NCBI GenBank assembly: GCA_963813155.1
Contig: CAWEYG010000003.1
Location: 480,001 to 544,000 of the forward strand
Direction: 5' to 3'
Length of the DNA stretch: 64,000 bases
From: an uncultured Acidobacteriota bacterium
GTDB taxonomy: Bacteria > Acidobacteriota > Thermoanaerobaculia > UBA5066 > DATFVB01
Position numbers and translations under genes: made by a program. The notes beneath the pieces are model-generated. The model was not told where the DNA came from and did not search any database. It worked only from the letters and a program-made list of their open reading frames with translations. Of this stretch, positions 19,024 through 28,806 are shown piece by piece. Each line of letters begins with the position of its first letter. The stretch's first letter is position 1.

Positions 19024-19621
19024 ATGAAGGAGTCCTCGGGAGAAGCCCGGACCGACGACGCGCGAATCATGCGCCGGATCGCCGCGGGCGAAGGCGACGC
19101 CCTGGGAGACCTCTACGACCTTTACTTCGCCGCGCGTGCTCGGACTCACGACGCGAATTCTCGCGGACCCGGAGGAAGCGCAGGACGTTCTCCAGGACGT
19201 GTTTCTCCACGTCTGGAGGAACCCTTCTCACTACGCCCCCGACCGCGGAAGCCTGCTCACGTGGATCCTGATCCTCGCCAGGAGCCGCGCGATCGACCGT
19301 CTTCGTTCCCTGAGGAGACGAGGCCGCGACCGGCAGGTCGATCTGTCGGAGTGCCAGGTCCCGTCGGCGGAGGACCTCGAGCGGACGGCGGGCCTGCGCC
19401 AGGAGGGGCGGGCGGTTTACCGGGTGCTTTCCGAGCTCCCGCTCGACCAGCGACAGGCCCTGGAGCTCGCGTATTTCGGCGGATACACCCAGACCGAGAT
19501 CGCGACGCTGACGGGGGCTCCCCTGGGCACGGTCAAAACGCGGCTGCGCCAGGGGCTCATGAAACTGCGCGACGGGTATCGGGCGTACTTCAACCGTGAG
19601 GAGCCCTTTGGCGCACACTGA
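19024..19621 (+). CDS. ECF sigma-70 factor (SigK-like); frameshift near 19130
   Basis: 'GDALGDLYD', 'AQDVLQDVF..VW', 'RSRAIDRLR', 'LELAYFGGYTQTEIA...GAPLGTVKTRLR'. Confidence 0.88.
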
Positions 19622-20380
19622 GTTTCTGGGCGAGCTGGCGGGGATCAGCCGCGCTCGGAGCCCTCGACGGTTCCGATCGCGACGCGTTCGAAGGCCACCT
19701 TCAGGAGAGGTGCCCGGCGTGCGAGACCGCGCTCGCAGCCTGGCGACGCGACCTCTCCCTCGTCGCGCTCTCGGTTCCGGAGGTCGTCCCTCCCGCAGAG
19801 CTCCGCGCCCGGCTGCTCGAAACGCGCCGGGGGATTCCGGCGTCCGCGCCGCCGAGGAGACCCGCGGCCGCCGTCCGCTGGCTCGCGCTCGCGGCGGCAG
19901 TTCTGCTCGGCTTCCTCGCGATCGACGACGTCGCGCGCCGCCGTTCCGCTCGCGAATCGCAGAAACGCGCCGCGGTCCTGTCCGTACAGCTGGAGCGAAG
20001 CCGCGAGGATCTCGCGCGGAAGGATCTCCGCGCCCGCTTTCTCGAGGACCCCAACGTCCAGACGATCCTCCTTTCGGGCCAGGCCGCCGCGCCGGGCTCC
20101 CGCGGAAAAATCCTGTTCAGCTCCCGGGCGCGCCGGGCGATCCTCGTCGCGGCCAGGGCTTCCGGCGCTTCCGCCGGGCCGGCAATATGAGCTCTGGTTC
20201 ATCGCCGGCGGAAAGCCGATCGCCGCCGGCACCTTCGACCCGTCCGCCCTGGGCGCGACGATTTTCGAATCGACGCCGCTGCCCGAAAGCGCCGCTCCCG
20301 TCGAGAAGTTTGCGGTCACGATCGAGCCGCTCGGAGGCGTACCACAGCCGACGGGAGCGATGGTGCTCCTCGGCGGCTAG
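19608..20380 (+). CDS. Anti-sigma factor (RskA-like), frameshifted
   Basis: Pieces 'PPAELRARLL', TM segment, 'YELWFI..G.P..AG.F', 'FAVTIEPLGG.PQPTG.MVLLG'. Confidence 0.83.
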
Positions 20381-20412
20381 CGCACTCGAACCCGGCATAT
20401 GATCGCGAGCGA

Positions 20413-21135
20413 ATGGCGGTCGCTCTCGCGCTCCTGACGTTCTTCTCGACGATGGCCGGAGGCATCGTCGGCCGCCGCGCCGGCAAGCAACTCAACGTCT
20501 TTCTCGGCCTCGCGGCGGGAATGTTGCTCGGAGCCGCCCTTTTCGACCTGCTGCCGGAGGGCCTGCAACTCGCGCAGGCGATGGGCCGTCCCCCGGTCTT
20601 CGTCACGGGGTTCGCGGCGGCGGGCTTCCTGGCGTTTCACCTCCTCGAGAAATTTCTCGCCATCCATTCGCACCCCGAGCCCCACTATGGAGAGCCCGGC
20701 CACTCGCACGTGGGAGACCTCGGGGCGCTGGCCGTCACGATTCACTCATTCTTCGACGGCGCTGCGATCGGCGTGGGATTCCAGGTCTCCAACGCGGCCG
20801 GTTTCGCCGTCGCCGGAGCCGTCATCGCGCACGATTTCTCGGACGGCCTCAACACGGCCATGCTTCTCAAGGACTCGACGGACTCCCGGGCCCGCGCCTG
20901 GCTCGTCGCGGACGCCGCCGCCCCCTGTGTGGGAGCGCTGGCAACCCTCCTCTGGCGTTTTCCGCCCGCGCTCCTCGTCCCGGCCCTCGGGATCTTCGGG
21001 GGGTTCTTCCTCTATCTCGGCGCGGCTCACCTGCTTCCGGAAGCGCACCGAAGGAAGACGGGCATTCCGGTTCTCCTCGCGACGATCGGTGGATTCTCGA
21101 TCCTGTTCGTCGTCTCGGCCCTGGTCTCCCCGTAG
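20413..21135 (+). CDS. ZIP family metal transporter
   Basis: 'AAG.LLG.A.FDLLPE', 'HSFFDG', 'HDFSDG', 'LLPEAH'. Confidence 0.92.
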   Translation: MAVALALLTFFSTMAGGIVGRRAGKQLNVFLGLAAGMLLGAALFDLLPEGLQLAQAMGRPPVFVTGFAAAGFLAFHLLEKFLAIHSHPEPHYGEPGHSHVGDLGALAVTIHSFFDGAAIGVGFQVSNAAGFAVAGAVIAHDFSDGLNTAMLLKDSTDSRARAWLVADAAAPCVGALATLLWRFPPALLVPALGIFGGFFLYLGAAHLLPEAHRRKTGIPVLLATIGGFSILFVVSALVSP

Positions 21136-21299
21136 TGAGTCCGCTCGGGCGAACATGAAGATTTCCCGAAACGCCTCCGCCTCCCCGATTCTGCTAAAAT
21201 TCCGCCCATTGAGCCCCGAGGTTCCCTGAAGTTTCCCGGCTGGAATGGGCCACGAAGGAAATTTCAGAGATCCCCGGAGCCGGAAACGAGGAGGTCTTT

Positions 21300-22466
21300 A
21301 TGGAATCCCGGCCCCGGCACCCCGTCTGCCTTCGGTTCGCGCTTTTTCTCGCTCCCCTTCTTCTGGCTGCCGGCGCGTCCGCCATGCGGGCGAACTTCGA
21401 CTCTTTTTCCCCGCACCGCGCAGCCGCGTCGCTCTCCGGGATCGTCGTTCAAAACGGAGCGCCCGTCGGCGGCGCGATCGTGACCGAAGCGGTCACCGGC
21501 CAGAGCGTCGAGACGGACTCCCGCGGCCGATTCGTTCTGTCCGGCCTTCCGTCCGGTCCCTCGACGCTTTCGGTCGCGACCGGCGAGGCGACATTCGTCG
21601 TTCGATTTCAGAGCTCGCACGGCGGCCGGTCGCGCGGGGTCATCTCCATCGGGGGAATGGGAGTGCCGGGAGGCTCGGCGGCCGTCCTGCTTCCGATTAT
21701 GGCCGGAGGACATGAAGGAGCCGAGATCGAGGGCATCGTCACGGCGAACGACGGCACGACCCTGACCGTCACCGACGAAAGCCTCGGGGCCGTCACGGTC
21801 ACGACGGACGCGAACACGGTCATCCGTCACGGCAACACGATCCTCACCCTGGCCGACGTCACGGTCGGAATGACCGTTCACGCGAAGGCCGCGTTGCAGG
21901 CGGACGGCGTGACTTATCTCGCCGGGGAAATCCTGGTTCAGGACGAGAACAACGGGGACGGCTCGGAAGGGTCCGGCGACAACGAGACCGAGCTCTCCGG
22001 AACGGTCAAGGCCCTCGACTGCGGCGCCGGCACGATGGTCCTTTCGACCGACGGCGGCGACGTGAACGTCACGTTCGACGCGAATACCGCCTTCAAGTCG
22101 AAGGGAAAGGTCGTCACCTGCGGCGACCTGGCGGTCGGCGACGATGCCGAAGTCGATGGCACGCTCCAGGCCGACAGCTCCGTTCTCGCGGCAAAGGTCA
22201 GCTTCGAGGCGCCCGAGACCGAAGGGGTCGAGGTCGAGGGGACCGTCGCGTCGGTCGCCGCTCCGGATTTCGTCGTCACGACCGACTCGGGCGACGTGAC
22301 CGTTCACACGGACGGTTCGACTCAATTCTTTCTCAACGGGCACACTGCGGCGAGCTTTTCCGACGTCGTCGCTGGCGTCAAGGTGAGCGCCGAAGGGGCC
22401 CTGCTCGGCGACGGCAGCGTTCAAGCCTCGAAGGTCCAGATCAACGCCCACGGCGGCGGCCACTAA
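21300..22466 (+). CDS. Secreted DUF5666-repeat protein with N-terminal carboxypeptidase-regulatory-like domain
   Basis: 'TDSRGRFVLSGLP.G' followed by three '(E/S)G.V...T.F...L.VG..V...G...DG...A..I/V' repeats. Confidence 0.8.
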   Translation: MESRPRHPVCLRFALFLAPLLLAAGASAMRANFDSFSPHRAAASLSGIVVQNGAPVGGAIVTEAVTGQSVETDSRGRFVLSGLPSGPSTLSVATGEATFVVRFQSSHGGRSRGVISIGGMGVPGGSAAVLLPIMAGGHEGAEIEGIVTANDGTTLTVTDESLGAVTVTTDANTVIRHGNTILTLADVTVGMTVHAKAALQADGVTYLAGEILVQDENNGDGSEGSGDNETELSGTVKALDCGAGTMVLSTDGGDVNVTFDANTAFKSKGKVVTCGDLAVGDDAEVDGTLQADSSVLAAKVSFEAPETEGVEVEGTVASVAAPDFVVTTDSGDVTVHTDGSTQFFLNGHTAASFSDVVAGVKVSAEGALLGDGSVQASKVQINAHGGGH

Positions 22467-22492
22467 CTCGTCCCTCCTCTCGCGCAAGGCAT

Positions 22493-22521
22493 GCCCGGCC
22501 CCGACAGGGGCCGGGCTTTTT
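22493..22521 (+). terminator. Rho-independent terminator
   Basis: GCCCGGCCCC-GACA-GGGGCCGGGC-TTTTT. Confidence 0.85.
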
Positions 22522-22546
22522 CGATCCTCCTCAACGACCGCTCCGT

Positions 22547-22909
22547 TCAAGTCTTGCCGACCTCACGCGCCCTCAGGAACGCGAGGAACCTCAACAGCTC
22601 CGCCTCCTCTTCCGAAGTCAGGTCCTCAATACGCAGGAGCAGGCCGCCACCACGTCTTGGCACCTCGTGGCCGCCGGATGCCGCGATAACGTAACCGGCC
22701 TTCTCCATCAGCTCCGCGTAGGAAATGGCATAGACCTCGGACAAGCTCCACAGAACGTTGGGCGAAGGCCTGCGGATTCGATCGTGTTCCAGCTGGCTCA
22801 GGTACGAGTTCGAAACTCCCTGCCCGGTCGCCCTCTCGACCCCGCGAAGGGTGAGGCGCCTGACTTTCCTGACGTGGAACAGATAACTGCCAAGGGTCTG
22901 CTCCTTCAT
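22547..22909 (-). CDS. XRE-family HTH transcriptional regulator
   Basis: 'LTLRGVERAT..VSNSYLSQLE..RI.RPSP.VL..LS.VY...Y.ELM..AGY'. Confidence 0.88.
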   Translation of the reverse strand: MKEQTLGSYLFHVRKVRRLTLRGVERATGQGVSNSYLSQLEHDRIRRPSPNVLWSLSEVYAISYAELMEKAGYVIAASGGHEVPRRGGGLLLRIEDLTSEEEAELLRFLAFLRAREVGKT

Positions 22910-22962
22910 TCGCGACTTTCTTGACGAGAACACTCCCGGAGGGTTCGGACCTCCCGGCTGTC

Positions 22963-25400
22963 TCAGAACGTGTACTTCACCCTTGCCGCGAGCGTGCGCG
23001 GGGGAATGACGTGCGTTCCTCCGAACGTCGAGAGCACGTTGTAAACGCCCTTCTTGTCGAACGCGTTTAAGAGATCGGCCTGAAGACTCAACGGTACGCC
23101 GATACCTTGCGAGATCCGCGCCGAGGGAGAAATTCCAGATCGTCCGGGGCTTGATCCGGTTCGGATCGAGGTTCGTGTTCGACGTGAAATTGATGTACGG
23201 ATATGCAAACGCGTTGTCCGGGTCCTGGAGGATCGTCTGATCGGCGCCCGTCACGAGGCCGGAGTCATACCGAACCACTATCCCCGCCCACACGCCGGAT
23301 TTCCCGAAGTCGTAGTTGAGGCCGCTCTGGATCTGGAGATTCTCATCATGATCGATGATGAAGGGTCCGCTGTTAATCGCGTCGAGAGCGCTCGGATCGA
23401 GGAACAAGGCCCGCCGGCCAGAGGCGGAATGTAGATGGCCCGAGTGTGTCCCACCGATGCGTAGCCGCGGAAACCGTCGACCGGTGCGAGATCCAGCCGA
23501 ACGTTCCAGCCGTGGAGCTTGCCGTGTTCGAACGCCAGCGGAAAGACAATCCCCGTGTTCTGAAACTGATCCTGATCCCCGGCGAAGTCCGACGTCTCGC
23601 CGCCAGAAATCGATATCCAACCGAAGGGAAGAGCCTACCTGTTGCTGAAGGCCGACGTCGTAGGCGTTCTGGCGCTCGGAAGGAACGAACAAGAGACCGT
23701 CCCCGAGAGCGCGCGACTGCTGAACGTCGGGTGGGGCAAGCGCGGCGGCCTCCGCCGAGGACGAAAAGAGAATGTTTTCGTACTCCGGTGTTTCGAAAAT
23801 CCTGTTGTACGAGGCACGAAGAACTGTTTTCGTCGATGGAATGTAATAGGACGATCCCCACCCGCGGCTGAAGCTGCGACTCCGTCAGTGGAAAACTGTT
23901 GTGGTCGTAGCGCAGGCCGACCTGAGCCGTGAAGTTCGAGAGGCGAATCGTGTCCTCGACAAATCCCGCGAGGTACGTGATCGTCTTCGACTCGTCGAAC
24001 TGGAAGAACGTTCCGCCGCGCGTCAGGTCGTACGGGGCGAGGTTCGGGTTGTAGGTGTCGGAGCCTGGGTCGTTGAGCGCCGGATCGGTGAGCCCGAAGG
24101 AAAACCGCTCCTGAATCGGGTAGCTCTTGAAGACCGCGCCGAACTTGAGCTCGTTCACGGCTCCGGCCTGGATCGAGAGCGTGGGCTGGACTCCGTAGTT
24201 GTCCAGGGACCGCTTCGAGTTCGTGATGACCGATGGATCGTTCGGGGAGCCGCGGTAAGTGAATCGATTGTTTCGGGCGAAGAGAGTGGTGTCGAGCACG
24301 GCGCTCGAGCCGAAGACATGCTGCCACCCCGCGTTCGCGTTCCAGTCGTTCGTTTCGACCGTGTTGTCGGTATTCGTGGCTTCCTCTGTGAACGTGTTGG
24401 TCACGTCCCGGTTGGTTCTGCCGATCAGGCCCGAGAGCCGGAAGCTGTCGCTGCCCTGGGGCGTCGTGCCGTCGAGACGGAGAAAAGCTCGTTCCGTGTC
24501 GCCGTGGTTGTGAAAGTTGTCGAAGTTGACGGGATCGAGGAAGCGGTCGGACTTCGATGCGTCCACAGATCCGAAATAGCCGAACGTCGAAGTGCCTCCT
24601 CCGACCGACGCGCCCGCATCGTATGTCTTGAACTGTGCTCCCCCCGCATGAACATCGCCGTGCGGCCCGCCAGTCCCGAGGCCGGATTTGGTCGTCAGGT
24701 TGATGACAGCCGCGATCTTCTCGCCGTATTCCGCCGGAACGTTCCCGTAGATGACCTCGGCGGACTGCAGGATTCCGGGATCGATCGAGTTCGAGAACGT
24801 CGTCCCGATCTGGTCCGAGATCGGCTGCCCGTCCACGACGTAGCTCTGCTGGCTGTGCGCGCCCTGAAAGTGATAGCGGCCGTTCTCGTCCTGAGAGAAA
24901 CCGGGAGCCTGAATGATCAGGGATTCCATCCCCCGGGACGGAGAGGCAGCCGGAGCGCGCTGAATCGACGATTTGTCGATGTCGACGTGCGACTGAGAGG
25001 AATCCGTCTCGAGGACGGCCGCCGGCTTTTCCGCCTCGACCTTGACGCTCGCCGAGACCGATTCGAGCTTCAGCGCTACCGGCTGCTCCACCGGGGACGT
25101 GCTCCGAACGTCGATCGCAAGGTGCTGGGTCGCGAAGCCCTGAACCTCGACGTGCAGCTCGTAGGGATTGAAAGGCACGTTGAAGAAAGAGTATCGGCCG
25201 TTGGCATCCGTCACGGCTTGCGCCTTGAACCCGGTGATGTCGTTGCGAAGGATGAGCGGTACGCCGGGCATCGGCTGCCCGTCGGGACCCGTGACGACAC
25301 CCCGCAGCGTGCCCGCAGAAATGGCTGCGTGAAGAGGAATCGCGAATGACCCGAGAGCGACCGTCAGCGTGAAAACGGTGACTAAAATACGAGTGTTCAA
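22963..25400 (-). CDS. TonB-dependent receptor with N-terminal carboxypeptidase-regulatory-like domain (several frameshifts in the 3' third)
   Basis: Signal peptide, plug 'PAEYG...AAVINLTTKSG', 'QLQPRVG', terminal 'RVKYTF'; TTG start after GGAGGAG. Confidence 0.88.
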
Positions 25401-25491
25401 GAGAACTCCTCCATTAATCCGAAATGGGACGATGCGCTCTCGCGGCGTAAAGTGCCGCGAGGCGATCCCGCGTTCGTGGATTTCGCTTCGG

Positions 25492-25875
25492 TTAGAGGAG
25501 GGTGGGAGGACCGCGAGGGAATGACTCGAGACGGAGACCCTCGACGGGAGGCTGATCGCTCGTCTGAAGGACAGCGTTCGTGGTGGCAAGCACGGGACGC
25601 AGGGGTGCGTGAAGCTGAAGGCCGACGAGGTGCTGACGCAGGCACGCGAGGCACGGCTCGACCTCGACAATCCGATCCTTGTGCCAGTGTGAAGCGGTTG
25701 GCTGGGCGCAGTCGACCTCATGGACCTGCTGGGGCGAGGCCGAGTCGTCCCCATTGAACCCTTCGAGAACGTTCGACGCGTGATGATGAATGGAGGTCCC
25801 GAGTGCCAGCTGCGCTGCCAGCAGGAGCAGCGCCGCGGCGGTCTCCAAAAGACGTGAAAACAGTCTCCGTCTCAT
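25492..25875 (-). CDS. DUF2946/CruR-like leader protein (signal, His-rich segment, CxxC, RGPP)
   Basis: Hydrophobic N-terminus, HHH/HWH, CLAC, C-terminal PRGPPTLL; directly upstream of the TonB-dependent receptor. Confidence 0.8.
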   Translation of the reverse strand: MRRRLFSRLLETAAALLLLAAQLALGTSIHHHASNVLEGFNGDDSASPQQVHEVDCAQPTASHWHKDRIVEVEPCLACLRQHLVGLQLHAPLRPVLATTNAVLQTSDQPPVEGLRLESFPRGPPTLL

Positions 25876-25883
25876 CGGCGTTC

Positions 25884-25936
25884 ACTATATCCCCTCGAGA
25901 CATTCCCCGCCTACGGACTGCGAATTTTGCTATGCT
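25884..25936. promoter_or_regulatory. Divergent -10 elements for the two leader ORFs
   Basis: TATAGT (minus, 25884-25889) 8 nt before ATG 25875; TGcTATGCT (plus, -10 at 25931-25936) 9 nt before ATG 25946. Confidence 0.55.
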
Positions 25937-25945
25937 AGCGTGCTC

Positions 25946-26272
25946 ATGAACGCATCCGCTCGAACCGGGAAAGCCTTTGCGCTCCTTGCCGCAACCCTTT
26001 TCCTGCTCGTCGTGGCTTCGTTCCATTCGGCCGCGGACAACGATCTCGGCCGTATCAATCCGGGGCATCGAGTAGCGCTCTTTTCGAGCGCCTCCCCGGC
26101 CGACACCTGCGCGGCCTGCACGCTCGACGGAATCTTGAGTGCGCGGCTCTCGCTGACCGTTCCCGTCGTCCCGCCGCAGGCAGTCGAGATCGTCACCCCG
26201 TCCATTCCCTCCGCACCCTTCGTTTCTCCCCGGGCTTCCGTCGAGAGCCGCCCCCCTCCGTCGATCGCCTGA
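25946..26272 (+). CDS. DUF2946/CzcI-like leader protein (signal, CxxC, RPPP)
   Basis: MNASARTGKAFALLAATLFLLVVASFH..., CAAC, C-terminal SRPPPSIA; directly upstream of the TolC-MFP-RND operon. Confidence 0.75.
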   Translation: MNASARTGKAFALLAATLFLLVVASFHSAADNDLGRINPGHRVALFSSASPADTCAACTLDGILSARLSLTVPVVPPQAVEIVTPSIPSAPFVSPRASVESRPPPSIA

Positions 26273-26321
26273 CGATTTTCCCCCGCGTCCTATTCGTTCT
26301 CGGATCGAGAGGAGGTTGGTT

Positions 26322-27604
26322 TTGCGATCGGGTTACATCCCGAGATTTTCATGGATTTTTCTGGCGATCTCGTCGGCTACCAGCATCGCCGCCGCACAGG
26401 AGGCGGTCCGCCTCACCCGTGCGCAGGCGCTCGCCGAGGCGCTCGCGAAAAATCCGCAGCTCGGGGCGATCCGGGCGCAGGTGGACGAAGCCCGGGCGGG
26501 AATCGCGCAGACGACGGCGTTTCCCGACCCGTCGTTCGCCTTCACCTCCGAACAGCAGAAAAGCCTCGGGAACCTGCGGTCGGCCCAGTCCCGCGACGTG
26601 GGCGCCAGTTTCACGATTCCCTTCCCCGATAAGTTCCGCCTGAATCGCCGGATCTCCGAGGCGGCCCTGCGGGCGGCGGAGTTCTCACTGACGCAGACCC
26701 AGCAGCAGATCGCGTCGGATACCGAAGCCGCCTTCGACGCGGTCCTGGTCGCCGAAGCCCAGCTCGAAAACGACACGGCATCGGAACATCTTTCGGAGGA
26801 CATCGTCCGGAAGACGCAGGCTCGTTACGACGCCGGCACCGTGGCCCGTCTCGATGTGCTCCAGGCCCGGGTCAACTTCTCCCAGGCGAGGAATCAGACG
26901 ATCGCCGATGACCGCGCGCTCATGACGGCCCGAGCATCCTTCGCCCGCGCGCTCGGCCTCCCGTCGGGAACCATTGTCGAGCCCGCCGAGAAGCTCGACG
27001 TGCCGCCGGCTCCGCCGGACCTCGGCGCGCTGGTCAAGATCGCGGAGGATCATCGTCCGGAACTGGCTTCCGCTGTTGCCCTGCGCGAAGGCGCCCGCTT
27101 CGCGGTCACGCTCGCAAAGGAGTTCTGGTTTCCGGACCTGAACATTTCGCTGTTCCGAAACTTCACGGCCGGGGCTCCGGCGGCGTATTCGACGGCCGGG
27201 AGCTTCGCCGTTCCGCTTTTCTTCTGGCAACACGAAAAGGGAGACGTTGCCGCCGCCGAAGCGAAACAGGTGGAGCTCGCGGCCGACGAAAGCGTCACCC
27301 GGGCGCAGGTGGATCTCGAAGTCCGCACCGCCTACGCGTCCGCCGACACCGCGCGCCGTCAGGCCCTCTGGATCCGCGACGAACTTACTCCCCCAGGCGC
27401 GCGAAGAGTACGAGGTGGCGTCGAAGAGCTACGCGCTCGGCGGATCCTCGGCCCTCGATCTCATCAACGCCAAGACGGCCCTGCTCGGCGGCCCAGACCC
27501 AGTACGTCCAGGCCCTCGGAGCGGTCAACGACGCGCAGGCGCAGCTCGAGCTGGCGGTCGGCGCCCCTTTGCCTCCCGCCTTCAACCGAAGGAGCTCCTC
27601 ATGA
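26322..27604 (+). CDS. TolC family outer-membrane factor (CzcC-like), frameshifted near the 3' end
   Basis: Signal, 'AL..NP.L', 'RY.AG.V.RLDVLQA', 'RPEL', 'Y.LG..S.LDL'. Confidence 0.88.
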
Positions 27605-28758
27605 ACCCTGACCCGCTCCGAATTGCGCGCGCCGTCTTGATCGCGACGAGTGCTCTCCTCCTCTGTTCGGCGTGCTCGTCCAAGCGCCAGGACGGTGGCT
27701 CTCCCGCGACTTCCAGCGACGCGCCTTCGGGCCTCCGCCTTTCCGCGGACCAACGTCAGAAGGTCACGGTCGCGGAAGTCCGGGCCACGACCTTCCGCCG
27801 CACTCTCGAGACGACCGGAACCGTGACCTTCGACCAAAACGCCTCCACTCAGGTGATCGCGGGAATATCGGGCCCGGTTTCCCGCATCCTCGTTCCCCTG
27901 GGGGAGAACGTCGCGGCCGGACAGCCGCTGGCGGAGGTGACTTCGCCCGATTTCGCGTCCTCTCTCTCGGGCTACCGAAAGGCGGTCGCGACCGCCGGGA
28001 ACCTCCGGCGAATCGCCGATCTCGACCAGAAACTCTTCGACGCCGGAGGAATCCCGCGCCGTGACCTTCAACAGGCGGAGACCGATGCGCTGACCGCGGA
28101 GGCGGACCGAGACTCAGCGCTTGCCCAACTCCACTCGATCGGGATTCCCGACGCCGCGATTCACACGCTCCAGCAGGGAAAGGCCGTTACGGAAGTCAAG
28201 GCGGTCATCCGCGCTCCCATCGCAGGCACGGTCGTCGAAAAGCTCATCTCGCCCGGGCAACTTGTGGCCGCGGGAACGACGCCCTGCTTCACCGTTGCGA
28301 ATCTCTCGACGGTCTGGATCCTCGCCAACGTTTTCGAGAAGGACATTCCCTTTGTCGACCGAGGAGACCCGGCCGACATATCAACGGGCCTGGGAACCAC
28401 GCTTCCGGGCCGGGTCGACTACATTTCGGCCCTCGTGGATCCCTCGACTCGAGCGATCTCCGTCCGCATCGTCGCGCAGAATCCGCGAGGAGCTCTTCGG
28501 AAGGATCTGTACGTCAGCGTCGCAATTCACTCGAGCCGCGACATCCGCGGACTCCTCGTGCCGGCTTCGTCCATCCTTCGGAACGACGAAAACCTGCCGT
28601 TTGTTTTCGCCGAGCAGCCTGACGGTTCGTTCGGGCGCCGACGGGTCGAAATTGCGAACCGAATCGGCGATGCCTACCAGATTGCCTCGGGCCTGCGCGA
28701 GGGCGAACGAATCATCGTGGAGGGCGGACTGTTTCTCCAGTTTGCCGAGAGCCAGTGA
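27601..28758 (+). CDS. RND periplasmic adaptor (CzcB/CusB-like lipoprotein)
   Basis: Lipobox-like CSAC, 'IRAPIAGTVVE', 'VANLSTVWILANVFEKD', 'VDPSTR'. Confidence 0.9.
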   Translation: MNPDPLRIARAVLIATSALLLCSACSSKRQDGGSPATSSDAPSGLRLSADQRQKVTVAEVRATTFRRTLETTGTVTFDQNASTQVIAGISGPVSRILVPLGENVAAGQPLAEVTSPDFASSLSGYRKAVATAGNLRRIADLDQKLFDAGGIPRRDLQQAETDALTAEADRDSALAQLHSIGIPDAAIHTLQQGKAVTEVKAVIRAPIAGTVVEKLISPGQLVAAGTTPCFTVANLSTVWILANVFEKDIPFVDRGDPADISTGLGTTLPGRVDYISALVDPSTRAISVRIVAQNPRGALRKDLYVSVAIHSSRDIRGLLVPASSILRNDENLPFVFAEQPDGSFGRRRVEIANRIGDAYQIASGLREGERIIVEGGLFLQFAESQ

Positions 28759-28806
28759 GCGAATCCTCTCACCCGCCGCCCGGGGACCGAGCCCAGAAAG
28801 GGCTCG

